A DNA stretch of 34,885 nt, taken from the NCBI GenBank assembly GCA_003693705.1, contig RBZT01000934.1, positions 1 to 34,885 on the forward strand, in the 5' to 3' direction. Under the pieces are notes generated by a model that was not told the DNA's origin, made no database searches, and was given only the letters and a program-made list of their open reading frames with translations. A program made the translations under genes and the position numbers. Positions 12,008 to 22,894 of the stretch are shown here, in pieces. The stretch comes from Polymyxa betae A26-41 (Eukaryota > Protista > Endomyxa: Phytomyxea). How positions within the stretch are numbered: position 1 is the stretch's first letter; every line of letters begins with the position of its first letter.

Positions 12008-12634
12008 TCACCAATTCCAGCAACGTCGATTGTTGCATCGGTGGTATCCGGTCTGATTATTGCACACGACCTGACAGTACAGGGCATCGACCACCTGTCG
12101 AGTTTGCCACTTTGTGGATTGCGGTTTCGATCGTAGAAGCGCTTCCAACGAAGCGCGTCCCTTCAGCGCCCAGTACAGCTTGTCAAACATGGCGCTCCGG
12201 TCGAGCTGGTCTTGACGCCATGCTTCGAGATCCAGCTTGCATTGAACGCTTCGGCAACCGTTATACCGCCGGGAATATTCCATTTCGATCTGGGTCGGAC
12301 ATCGGTAGTCCCAGCGCGCCCATTCGTCCAACGTTTTCTGATGTCGGGGAAGGGCTTCCAGTAGATCCTTTTCCCGCGCATCGTATCGTTCCGCGATGAA
12401 TCCGAGCGTCATGATGCATGCAGCGACTGCGATACCAATACTCAGCCCGATCACCACGTCACTCGGCGGAGAAGGGAATCGACGAGGCGTCGGGTGCGCC
12501 ACAGGCTGCGGACCAGGCGCCACAGGACTCGGGCCGACATCGTGTCCGTCACGTCGTTCGCCTCGAACAGCCTCCGTCGTCTCGGATGGAATCGGCTCAT
12601 CTTTAACCCGTGCTTGTCTACGGTGAAGGACCAT
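12008..12634 (-). CDS. Hypothetical single-pass membrane protein with Cys-rich C-terminal domain (208 aa)
   Basis: ATG-initiated intronless ORF; Pro-rich N-terminus, one hydrophobic span (VVIGLSIGIAVAACIMTLGFIA), 7 Cys after the span; fits between NAPRT and the AAA gene without overlap. Confidence 0.65.
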   Translation of the reverse strand: MVLHRRQARVKDEPIPSETTEAVRGERRDGHDVGPSPVAPGPQPVAHPTPRRFPSPPSDVVIGLSIGIAVAACIMTLGFIAERYDAREKDLLEALPRHQKTLDEWARWDYRCPTQIEMEYSRRYNGCRSVQCKLDLEAWRQDQLDRSAMFDKLYWALKGRASLEALLRSKPQSTKWQTRQVVDALYCQVVCNNQTGYHRCNNRRCWNW

Positions 12635-12944
12635 GGAGATCGGCTTCCGTTAACAAATGGCAAGTTGTCTCTCGCCGTCCTCCAACACGCTGTCCCAACG
12701 AAAAATTCACCGACGCCGTGCGCCGCTCCACCGTTCATTTCGACAGACATAGATAGCAACCAAACCCTAGACTCTGAAAACCCTCATCGCACCCAGCCTC
12801 GAAACCTGCCTTCAGCATTCGCAGGTCGCTTCCGTCTCGATTCCTAGCCGAAGCCGCGGCGGTCGTTTCAGGGTGCGATGTCGCCGGAGAGCCAGCACGG
12901 GTTGGTAGCGTTTGTGCCACGGCAATTCATCGGACTCCATAGAT

Positions 12945-14951
12945 ATGTGTGTGATGTTGTTGCGGTGTTGGCGTCGACAGCTGATGGTGGGCGCCGCGGC
13001 TCGGGAGATGCAGCGCCGCGGCCGGCTTCTGGCCGGCGAATCGCGGTTCCGGGAACTGCGCGAGTCGGGCGCCACCTATATCGACAAGACCGCCTTGATC
13101 GATGATATGATCGCTACCGATCATCGATTCGTTCTGTGTCGGCCGCCGTTGTTCGGCAAGACGACGACCGTCACGTTGCTGAAGGAGCTGTTCTCCGGCC
13201 ATAAATACTTGTTCGATGGAAGCGTCGGTGGCTCACGTCTGCATATCTGCGATACGCCCTGGGATTGGGCCCGCGACGTTCATGAGGTTCCGTTCGTTCC
13301 GTTTCGTTTGTGCGTTATTCACATTTGCGGATGTCTTCTCGGATCGTCTAATCCTGTGGTGACCCGCATCAAGGGTTCAGGCGACGGATTCTCCCACGTT
13401 TCGAACCAAGGCTCATCTTAGTTTTTGAACGCTTTGCGACAGCGCTCTTTTTGACACATTGTTATTCGTTGACGTTTTGGAAACGCACTTTTGTGTTGTG
13501 GCTTTTATGACTGTGATCTGTTTCTGTGTTTTCTTCGCAGTTTTCTTTCAGCTCTTTTACGTGATCAAACATGTCGAAATTTTGCGAGATTGTTTTCTCT
13601 TTCTTTTTAAATCCTTTCTGCAACTTTCTCGTTGTCTACGTTATTTTGTTAACGGGGTGCTGTTACTAAGGTGTTGCATATCGACCTGAAAACGATGTCC
13701 GAGAACCCGGCCACATTCCGTCAGACCTTGCTCGACTGGATGGCAACAAAGACCGCGGCCCTCGGCGGCGCCGTCTCCAATCGGGACTCGCTCAAGACCG
13801 CGGTCCGCGACCTCATCCGAGCGGCGGCCGACGCGTCGCCCAGCGGCCGCTGCGTCGTACTCGTCGACAACTACGACGTAGGTGCTGGGTTGCCCCGAAC
13901 GTCCGCCGCGCGAATCTGAACCCCGGGTGGTCGTACAGGCCCCCATCCGTCAAGGCGACCCATTGAGGATGTCGAAGCCCGCGGGCTTTTATCTGTTGGA
14001 GAACGCCCAGGTCCTGTCCGATTGGATTTCCGGAATGCGGGCGGAGTCCGTCTTGATTCGATTTCAGGTAGGCGAGCGCGTGAACCCTAAAACCCTAACC
14101 CCAACGTCGTCTTCGTAGTTCTTCGCCGGCGTCTACAAAGTCCGCCTGAACGTGTTCGACACGGCCGTCGATCTGTCGGTCTCGAATCGGTTCTCGCCGC
14201 TGTGCGGGTTCACACGCCGCGACCTGATCGGCCATTTCGGCGACGCCCTCGACGACCTCTGCGATCGCCTCGACTATCGCGGCGGCCAGCCCGAGGCGCT
14301 CGACGCCCTCGACGTCTGGTTCGGCGGATATCGCTGGGGCGACGTCCCCGACGCCGACCAAGTCCATAACCCGTACGCCGTCGTACGGGCGCTCATCGCC
14401 GGCGAACTCCGACCGTACTGGTCCGATAACATCATCCTGCCCGAATGGGTCCGAAATCAACTTCAAGGTAACATTACCACACTCTCGGATTCGCTTTCGA
14501 TCGTACCGGCCCCCTTCACTCAACGGTTCGGTGTCTGTGTAGATGGTGCGCGGAAAGTCGTTCGGGACGCGCTGTCGTCCGACGATCGCATGCAGCTGCC
14601 GGAGTCGTACGACGCCGCCTCCCGATTCGATAAGCGCGGGACGCTGCTCCGGGATCAGGTTCGCCTGCAGTTCCTGCAGCTGGGCCTCCTCACCGTACGG
14701 CATGTCGATTACGATCCGGAGAGCCTCCTGCGCATCGCCCGGTAATAATATCATCGCCCTCGAAATCTTGTCGGTTTTTTTCTGCGTTTTCTCCGCGGGT
14801 TTCGCTCTGCGTTTTTGTTCGACGTGTGGCGTGGGCTGGTATGACCGTCCGTAGGCTGGAGACGCCGAATCGGGATGTGCGCAGCCTCATGGATCGTCTG
14901 TTATCGGAGCCATCGGTGACGTCGGCGGCTCAGCTCCGTACTAACCCGTAA
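12945..14951 (+). CDS. Bacterial-type AAA-ATPase-like protein (PF09820-like), 5 exons
   Basis: GESRFRELRESGATYIDKTALI, RPPLFGKTT (Walker A), VVLVDNYD (Walker B variant), FFAGVYK, LCGFTRRDL, WFGGYRW, VHNPYAV, PYW, LQLGLLT, LETPNRDV in family order. GT-AG introns at about 13287-13670, 13878-13938, 14068-14118 and 14742-14854; TAA 14949-14951. Start at ATG 12945 or 12954. Confidence 0.85.
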
Positions 14952-15521
14952 CTCGATTGCTGCTTGATATTATCAAAAAAATTTATTCTATTATTCATGA
15001 GTTTAAGAAGTACGATTATTCGTATCAATTAGTGTTATTATCATTTAGTATTATATTAAACCATCTGGCGATTGTTACCGAATGGCTCGTCATACTACTT
15101 GTGTTGCTGATCACCGGGTTAATGGCCGCTCTAGTTCGGCATTCTCAGTACTAAATCTCAGCTAGCCAACCGGATATAAAGGGGACACCGAGAAATCGAA
15201 ATAGTACTGGCGACTAACCGGAATCGCTGCGAAGATGGTCTTTTCTAAACCATTGACGATGATTGCTGCCTTAAGAGGGAAGACAGATGCCGTCTGTTAT
15301 ATTGGCATCAACACACGTCTAATAAATAGCCTGACAGAGTAAAACCAGCTCTCCTACGACAACGAATTCGAACGTCGTGAGCCTATTTTGGTTTGTAATT
15401 GTTACGCAGATCACCAAATTCATTGTATATTAAGGGGAAGGCTGCAGGATCAAGATCTTTTAGGTGTTATATTCGGACATATTCAGGTCCGAGCTCGTTG
15501 TATAAAGGGCAGCAGTTCATT

Positions 15522-17189
15522 CTACAGATATTCAGTCAGGACAGCAACTACGGCCTTCGCACAGGGCAGCTTCTCTTTCGAGCGCCGCGACAGAAGTCGC
15601 TTCAAGCGGCCAGTACCACCACCACTGCTGCTGCTACAAAGACTACTGGGGACATCTCGGGCCGTGGACGCCGTCACGGCCTCCGCCGCCGACCCGCGAA
15701 TCACGGCATCCAACCAGCGCGAGACGATCTCGGTTCCGGACAGGCCATCCGCATCTTTCGGCATCCGCATGCGGAGCGGCGCCTGAGTCAGTATGACCAG
15801 TCCGGCGACGCATCGCTTCGCAATCCGCCCCGCATTCGTCCCGTCCTCGCTCAGATGATAGGCCAGGGCCAGCACGAACGCGTCCGGGTCGGCGGCCGGC
15901 ACCACCTCGTAGCGCAGGTGTTCGACGTACTGGGCGAGTACGGCGGTGCGCGCGTCCAGGTCGAGGCCCGGGAGCCGGTACAGGATCGCGACCAGGAACA
16001 GGGTCGCGCGCAGATCAAAGTCGCCGGGCTGTGCCGCCTGGGCCAGGGCCAGGACGGCGTCGGCCGCTCGGCGTCCGTGGTCGCAAACCTGGTCGCCGAA
16101 CGCCATCGCCCGCATGTACAGCTGGACCTGGATATGGAGCGGCATGAACAGCGTGCTCGTACAACGGGTCCGTCGGTACGGGTCCAGTACGACCAGCGCC
16201 GAGATCAGCTGAAACACCGCTCTCAGCAATCAGAAAAAGGGTCAAATCTTGCGAACCTGGTCGAGATCGGCGGGGTCGTACCGGACCGGTCCATCGGGAG
16301 CGAGAATGATCTTATAGGCGATGAGAAGGATGGCGGACGTGGACGGAACGCCGTGAATGCGCTCAATCTCCGGGACGGCCATGTTCAGGAACGTGATGGA
16401 CCAGAGAAAGTCCGGGTCGGACAGAGCGCGCTCCTCGAACGGAACCACGGCCAGTTCGGCCAACGCCGCCAACTGTTCGCACCGAGTCATGGTCCGCAGG
16501 CTGCCCTCGACCGCGCTCAGAACCGGGCCGAGATCGACGGCCGGCACGGACTCCGCCCAGGACTTCTTCAACGCCTCGGCACCGAGGCTGATCCGGTTAC
16601 AATCTTCACGCAACATCTTCCCGAGCGCCTTCATATTCCGTGACAGATCCGCCGCACCCAACTCCGCCTGCGGGAACAGCTGCCGACGAAGGGCGACGGC
16701 GTGCTGGTCCAGCACGCGGTCCAGTACGGCCACGCCCTGGTCGTACTCGAGGCCGGACGCCGATCGGAGCGTCCAGACCGCTGTGAAATGCGCCGCGAAT
16801 CGCGCCACGTCATCGCCGCGCGCCTGGTCGCCGTTCCGACCGACGACGTACTGGCCCAGGACTCGGACCGCGGCCCGCAACCGAATCCAATGGTCGATGA
16901 CGACGCCGCGGTGGGCGAACGCGCCCTCGCTCACGGGCCGATGCGCGGCCGCCGTGAACACCGATCTGCAGCCCGCTCGCTGCAGCTGTTTCACTGTGAA
17001 ACGCAACAAAGGCCGGGGGTCAGTACGACGCCGAGACAGAGGACAGGGTGCGCGCGCAGCCCTACCGAATTCGTCGACGACGTGGTCCTCGGTGACCGCG
17101 AAGTACGAGATGTTGTAGCTGGAGGCGGCGCTGTGTCCGGCGCCGACCAGCACGACCGCGATGCAGACGACGACGACGAATGGATTCAT
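15522..17189 (-). CDS. Secreted hypothetical protein (effector candidate), at least 2-3 exons
   Basis: Signal-peptide-like MNPFVVVVCIAVVLVGAGHSAAS; a 48-nt GT-AG intron (16256-16209) fuses ORFs 16242..17189 and 15522..16229 in frame; probable 72-nt in-frame intron 17065-16994; strong GC3 bias. Confidence 0.75.
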
Positions 17190-17303
17190 GTTGTGAGGGG
17201 GAGGCGGCGGCTGGATGGAAATGGCAGACGGCGTCGTCGCGCATAGTCAAGGATGGGGGGGGGGGGGTGTAGTGCACGCCGTCCGCATTGTCCGCCCCGG
17301 CCT

Positions 17304-17790
17304 TGTCACAGCTGGGGACGTTACAAGATGAGCACTGGGCTGGTGTGTGTCACTCAGCGTGTCAGTGCGCCCCCCTCTCTGTCAATTGACTTGAGGGTTG
17401 TAGACTCCGCGCCGCCCTGCGCTAGACAGGTCGTCGCAATTTGCTGCCAAAAGCAAGCCCCTTGATATCGAAGGATGCGATCACACCCAGATGGTGACGA
17501 TGGCGACCTTCAAAGGATCTGTCTGGTTTGGATTGTATGGTCAACAGGCGGCGCTCTTTCCAAATGCATGGCTGGAAAGTTTAGGCAAATTGCCCAAATA
17601 GATTCCAGAACCCCTATCAACGATTTCGGGGCGTTACAGTAATTCACCCGTTTGAATAATTGTTGATCGTAGGCGGCCTTATCAGCAGGACCTAAGAGAG
17701 CCTCGATAAGGTAAGGTAGGCACCCGCCCAATACAACAGGGACTCGATCCCATGTACCCTATCCTTATCTAATACTCCCCTACTGGTTTC
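17304..17790 (-). mobile_element. Possible LTR-retrotransposon remnant (3' LTR plus decayed upstream coding)
   Basis: Minus-strand segment 17638-17304 begins TGTAACGCCCC and ends CTGTGACA, preceded by a weak purine-rich tract and a fragment GVLDKDRVHGIESLLYWAG loosely like a chromodomain. No second LTR or TSD seen. Confidence 0.25.
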
Positions 17791-18242
17791 CCAGCTTTCA
17801 TCATTCGTCGCTAAATGTAACAGCCGATAGAATATGCTGCAGCTAGAAGCTTTGCCATGAGTTTGGCGTTTGTATATAGTGCGTCGTTGAAGTTTGCAAG
17901 TTTATTTTGTTTGTATTTGTTTCGATATTTTTTCAGTTGATCTTTAAATTTCCTGCATTAGCAGTTAATGTTCAATAGCTGCACTCTCTTTATTGCAGTG
18001 TCGACATACATCTGGTAGTCTGTATTACAATCTCTACTGTGTTCGAGAATAACCTTCTATTAGAGGAGTTCGTTTCGGATAGTTTACAGATCGGTCTGGT
18101 TTAACAACGATCTGATAGATGACCACCATAGCTGTCAAACTGCTAAATGGAACAGATGGTACAAGAATATCACAGTCTGGCAATTGTCTATTAGGGTTTC
18201 GTATACTCGCATCCCGAAAATAATTGAAACGTTTCAATAATT

Positions 18243-18315
18243 GCTTCTGTGGCCCAATGGTCAAGGCGCGTGCCTACGGAGCACGAGATTCCGGGTTCGA
18301 ATCCCGGCAGAGGCT
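18243..18315 (+). tRNA. tRNA-Arg(ACG)
   Basis: Acceptor stem GCTTCTG/CAGAGGC, D-arm GGCCCAATGGTCAAGGCG, anticodon arm CGTGC-CTACGGA-GCACG, T-arm CCGGG-TTCGAAT-CCCGG; no encoded CCA; T-run Pol III terminator immediately downstream. Confidence 0.96.
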
Positions 18316-18389
18316 TTATTTTTTTTCGATCGAATCGTGCATTGACTTGTGTATAACAGATTGCTTTTGATTATTTTATATTTTAAGGT

Positions 18390-19799
18390 CTAGGCCAGAT
18401 CTGAGACCGACTCGAGTTCACCCTCTTGAACACCGTTGGTGACTTTCAGCCCAACAATCTTCAGGTCAGGATACTCGTCTCCGCCATCTTCATCATCGAC
18501 GGCGACTTCGTATTCGTAATCGGCCTGTCTGTCTCCAAACAGGTCATCGGCGTCATCAGCGAACTCATCGCCAACACTTTCTCCTTGACGAGCGTTGCGA
18601 AGCATATCGTCAAACGCTTCCGCACGTCGCATCTCATCAGCTTCGCGAGCCTTATCACAACACTCAGCCAAATAGCAAAGATAAATCCAACCAAACAATA
18701 CGAAATAACTTCAAGTCTGTCGTAACTATTTAAAAGCATAAAAAGACAAAAAAATGACAACAGGAACAACTGATTCACAAAATCGTATTCAAAATAATGT
18801 AAAAATAGAAGAAAGTTTGCAAAAGGAAACGGCGATCACCTGGCGTAAAGCGGTGCGTTCAGCGATTTCAGCATCGCGACCGCCGCGAGCCCAGGCCTCG
18901 GCACACGACCTCTCGTCGGGGAAGACGGGCCGATCATCCAGATACTTGATGGACGGCAGCGACGCAATCAGCGTCTTCCGGTACGACGGCGTCTGGGCGA
19001 CGAACGGGTTGCCTTTCAGATACAGGACGCGCAGGTTCGGGAGCTGAGCGAGCGTCGCGATTACATCGTCCCCATCACCGAGAAGGTTCTGGGAGAGATC
19101 CAGAACGGAGAGATTCGGTGCCAATTGCAGCAATTCGGCGATATCTTCCGCCGATTTCAGCTTGTTGTTTGCCAGCAGCAGCGCTGACAAAGAGCGGAGA
19201 TTGCCGAGTCCTGAACAACGCGTTTAGTCTATCTGAGAAGATAAAGCTAAAAATCAACAGTTCATTCAGGTGAAGAGAGAAAAGCATTCAACAAAATTTC
19301 ATGGAAATGAGTTTGAAAAAGCTCCAAAAAAACGAAGAAAAATGCCATCGATAGAACAATATGAATTAGTTTCTGCCAAATTGCATGAAGCCTCGAAGCA
19401 ATCGTTTGACGCTTTGATGGCGTTCTCTTCCGACCTTCAATTCTGGTGATCATATTGTTGGACAGATTCAGGGTATCGAGATGAACGAGCGCGTCGAGAT
19501 TCTCGATTCGGCCGATGCAGTTCTCGTGCAGATAGAGCGATCGCAGGTCGACGAGATGGTCGAGACCCTGAATCGCAGCGAGGCCATTCCCCTCCAGATA
19601 CAGAACCCGTAAACCGACGTATTCGTCGAGGTTCTCGATGGCACGAAACCCTAAACCCTACCATCAATAGAGAGACCAGGCCCAGCCGTCAGTTCGCTCT
19701 GCCTTTATAATGCAGATAGAGCTTATCGTTGACCTCCGGGGTCATATACAGGTTCAGATCGCGGCAGATCTTGCGCAGGGCGTCTCGGGACATCTCCAT
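18390..19799 (-). CDS. DNAAF1: Dynein axonemal assembly factor 1 homologue (LRRC50/ODA7), multi-exon LRR protein
   Basis: [43 protein letters not shown]...LYLEGNGL...[14 protein letters not shown]...[12 protein letters not shown], then [47 protein letters not shown] and an acidic tail; matches my recall of the DNAAF1/ODA7 signature. Confidence 0.9.
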
Positions 19800-21058
19800 G
19801 GCGCCAGGCTCGATAATCGACGACGTCCAATGACGACTGCATCAGATGCAGCAACAGGCAGAGGCGCTGTGACCGCCTGCACCACGAGAATGTCGTTCTC
19901 GATGGTGAACACAAAATGACGGGCGACACGATCGCTGGAATTTTTTTTTTTTTGAAAAAAAAGGATTTAATCTGCCCTGGTTACGGTAACGTTTAATGTG
20001 GCGATTATCAGTGATCGGAACAGGTTTAGGTCTGTTACGATACACAGACGTGTGAGATCATCTCCGTGATGATAGTCTGGCGTTCGGGTTTCCACACGCA
20101 AGGAAACGTGGCTCTGTGGCGTGAAAGCGATTCAGTAACACCAACTATGATCCCCCCCGTTATCATTTCAGGATAATAAACCTTTTGGAAAATTCGATGA
20201 AAAAAACCTGTTGGTTTTCGATCTGTAACAATAACGGAATCTGTTCCTGGCACAACACGATACCAAGAGACGGCCAGAATTGTTTATTGACTTGAGCATG
20301 ACCAGCGACCGTAACTGCAATCTGCAGAGATGGTCCCCCATGTCAACATTCACTGACTCAAAACCCTGTCTTGCGATGGTCTAAAACCGCATTAGACCGA
20401 GTCCATCAGCGTGATCCACCGCCGCATCCCTGAACGGTTTCGAGTTCGTTCACGAACGTCGTCGGCCAAATCTCTGGAAATCAACATTGGCTCTCTCCTG
20501 TTCTATAGTATATTGTGCAGCCATGCAATCGTGGTCTGGTTTGGTCGTACCCAGTCACTGACAGGACCACTGAGACATACTGGTCCAAAGGTCTTCGTCC
20601 TCAACTGACAGCTCGGCCGATCATCAGACCACGATACATTTCTAACACGAACGAAAAGGACCATCAACAGAGAGTCGAAATTCGTTCACATTTTTTAACA
20701 GATTTTTTACTAAAACTATCAGAGACCCATCAAACTCAATACAGATCGCTCTGGACTTTTTGATCGCCCATCAGACAGCACGACCGGCCCTTTTGGGTGG
20801 TGGGCCAGCACGGCCGGGCAGCAGCAGCAGCAGCAATCATTATCATCCGACCCCGCGGCGTCCTGCGTCTGAGTACAGTCAATCCGGCCGTACCCGACGA
20901 TTCCATGCCGATCTATCCGTCCTCCCTGCGGAGAAATGCAGCTCGCGATCGCCCCCTACCTAGACCTTCGAGTACGGTCCGTTTTTATTTTCTCTCGCGG
21001 TTCGCTGTTCGGGTGACGATTGACGCTGGGCGGAAATTCATCTCGATAACGTTCGGGG

Positions 21059-22894
21059 ATGTCTCGAATCAGCTGGCTGACCGCGGCCGCCTTCGTCGGC
21101 GTCGCCGCCGCCCGTCGTCATCAGGCCCCGGACGAGAAGGCGATCCTGTCGCGATCGATGTCGGAGTCGTTGGCTGAGATCGCGGCCCCGTTCCTGGACA
21201 AGGCCGAGATCGACGCCCTCGTCGACCTGACCGCCCCCAAAGACCAGCTGATCGCCCAGATCGACGGCATGCAGAAGCAGATCATCGCCGAATGCAACCA
21301 GGAGCAGGCCAACTTCGACGCCTGGCTGTCGGCCAAACAGGCCGAACTCTACAACGATCAGCAGCAGGTCACGACGCTGAAGACGCAACAAACGCAGCTG
21401 CAGAATCGCGTCGATCAGATCAAGGGACAGATCACAGGCCTCGGACAGACCCAGACCGATCTCCAGACGAAGCTGGTCTCGGCCAAAGACCTGCTCACGA
21501 CCTTCCAGAAACAGCTGCAGGATGCGACCGATCTGCGCACGAAGACCCGCAACCAGAACCTGGCCACGATCCAGCAGCATCGCGACTCGCTCCAGACGCT
21601 CGCCGATCTCCGCGCTCTGGTCGTCGCCCTTAAGACCGACTCCAACACGGTCCTCGCCAAGTTGAAAGAAGTCCCGACCGGCAACGCCAAGGTCGACGCT
21701 CTTGTCGACACCGTCAAGGCCGAGCTGGCCCGCGCCAAGAACCAGGACCCGCAGATCAAGGCGGACTTGAAGAGCAAGCTGCTGGGTCTGATCGATCAGA
21801 TCTCGTCCGGCGTTCAGGAGTCGCTGAATCTGTACATTCAGCAGGAGACGTTGCAGCAGCAGAAGTTCGAGAACGAGATCCGCCCAGGTCTGGTGCAGAT
21901 GATCGCCCAGGCTCAGACGCAGATCGATTCGTTGCAGGCGCAGCTGGCGCAGGTCCTCGGCCAGATCGGGACGCTGACGACGACGCTGAAACAGGCGCAG
22001 ACCGATCTGGATCAGGCGACGAATCAGCTCCAGACCCTGCTCGGTCTGATCGAATCGCTTCAGGTCCAGATTCAGACCGCCAAGGACGCCCACGCCGTCA
22101 AACAGCAGCGCTGCAAGACCGACCTGGACGCTCTCGAAGTCGTCCGCCAGTTCATCGTCGCCAACATAAACGGTCTCACGCCCGGCAACAACTGCAATCC
22201 GCAGAGTCCGAACTGCGCTCGTTGTCTGTACAACGATCACTGCCAGAACGGCCTCGTCTGTACCGATCAAGGGACGTGCGGAACGCCGCCGACCACGGCG
22301 CCGCCGAAACAGCCCTACTACCAGCTGCTGCCGAAATCGCCGCCCACGGGATGGTCGCAAGGCCGTCGAGTCGACGTCGGCGTCGTCCCTCAATCGTCGT
22401 TCCAGCTCAACGACTTCACGTATATCTTCAAGTATCAGCAGCTGCAGCCGGCCAATGGATGGGCGAATCTGTTCAACGTTCTGAACGTCGGCGATGGATG
22501 GCCGTTCCCGAATCAGGCGGCGCTGTTCCTGTTGAACAACATGTTCGAGATCGACGTCTGCCAGGATGGCGTCGCGTGGCCGAATTCGTATTGGTATCGG
22601 AACTTCTATCTGGATAAGGTCGAGCTGAACACGTGGACGGCCGTCGCCTTCATCGTGTCGGGATCGACGAAGACCGTGACGTTGGCGTACCGTGACGGCG
22701 CCGGCAAGGTCCGCACGCAGGCGTACCCCGACTTCCATGGAAAGCCGCAGAAATGGGGCCCGGGCGCGATCGGCGCCTACGTCAACGGCCGTGGTTATAA
22801 CTCGCTGGTCGCGAACTTCGCCGATTTCCGCAGATACGATCAGGCTCTGGGACCCAACGATGTTCAGGCCGTCTTTAACGAGTTCTTCGCCTAA
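21059..22894 (+). CDS. Secreted 611-aa protein: bipartite coiled coil (trichocyst-matrix/granule-lattice-like) + 6-Cys module + beta-rich (ConA/LamG-like) C-terminal domain
   Basis: Intronless ORF with strong codon bias; signal peptide MSRISWLTAAAFVGVAAA; Q/L-rich heptads to ~aa 370; CNPQSPNCARCLYNDHCQNGLVCTDQGTC; Pro/Thr linker; aromatic beta-type domain ending ANFADFRRYDQALGPNDVQAVF, like the LamG3 'D+R+Y.RAL...EI' end. The CDS is secure; the family call is inference. Confidence 0.85.
   Translation: MSRISWLTAAAFVGVAAARRHQAPDEKAILSRSMSESLAEIAAPFLDKAEIDALVDLTAPKDQLIAQIDGMQKQIIAECNQEQANFDAWLSAKQAELYNDQQQVTTLKTQQTQLQNRVDQIKGQITGLGQTQTDLQTKLVSAKDLLTTFQKQLQDATDLRTKTRNQNLATIQQHRDSLQTLADLRALVVALKTDSNTVLAKLKEVPTGNAKVDALVDTVKAELARAKNQDPQIKADLKSKLLGLIDQISSGVQESLNLYIQQETLQQQKFENEIRPGLVQMIAQAQTQIDSLQAQLAQVLGQIGTLTTTLKQAQTDLDQATNQLQTLLGLIESLQVQIQTAKDAHAVKQQRCKTDLDALEVVRQFIVANINGLTPGNNCNPQSPNCARCLYNDHCQNGLVCTDQGTCGTPPTTAPPKQPYYQLLPKSPPTGWSQGRRVDVGVVPQSSFQLNDFTYIFKYQQLQPANGWANLFNVLNVGDGWPFPNQAALFLLNNMFEIDVCQDGVAWPNSYWYRNFYLDKVELNTWTAVAFIVSGSTKTVTLAYRDGAGKVRTQAYPDFHGKPQKWGPGAIGAYVNGRGYNSLVANFADFRRYDQALGPNDVQAVFNEFFA

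Noticed and set aside
12945-14951. Bacterial contamination as the source of the AAA-ATPase-like gene
   Set aside because: The gene is split by spliceosomal introns, one carrying the host-type CCCTAA repeat.
15399-17246. Long plus-strand ORFs (414, 253, 181 aa)
   Set aside because: Arg/Gly-rich shadow frames opposite the GC-rich secreted-protein gene.
20320-20780. Recurrent GGTC/GACC motifs suggesting a MITE
   Set aside because: No convincing TIR pair or TSD found.
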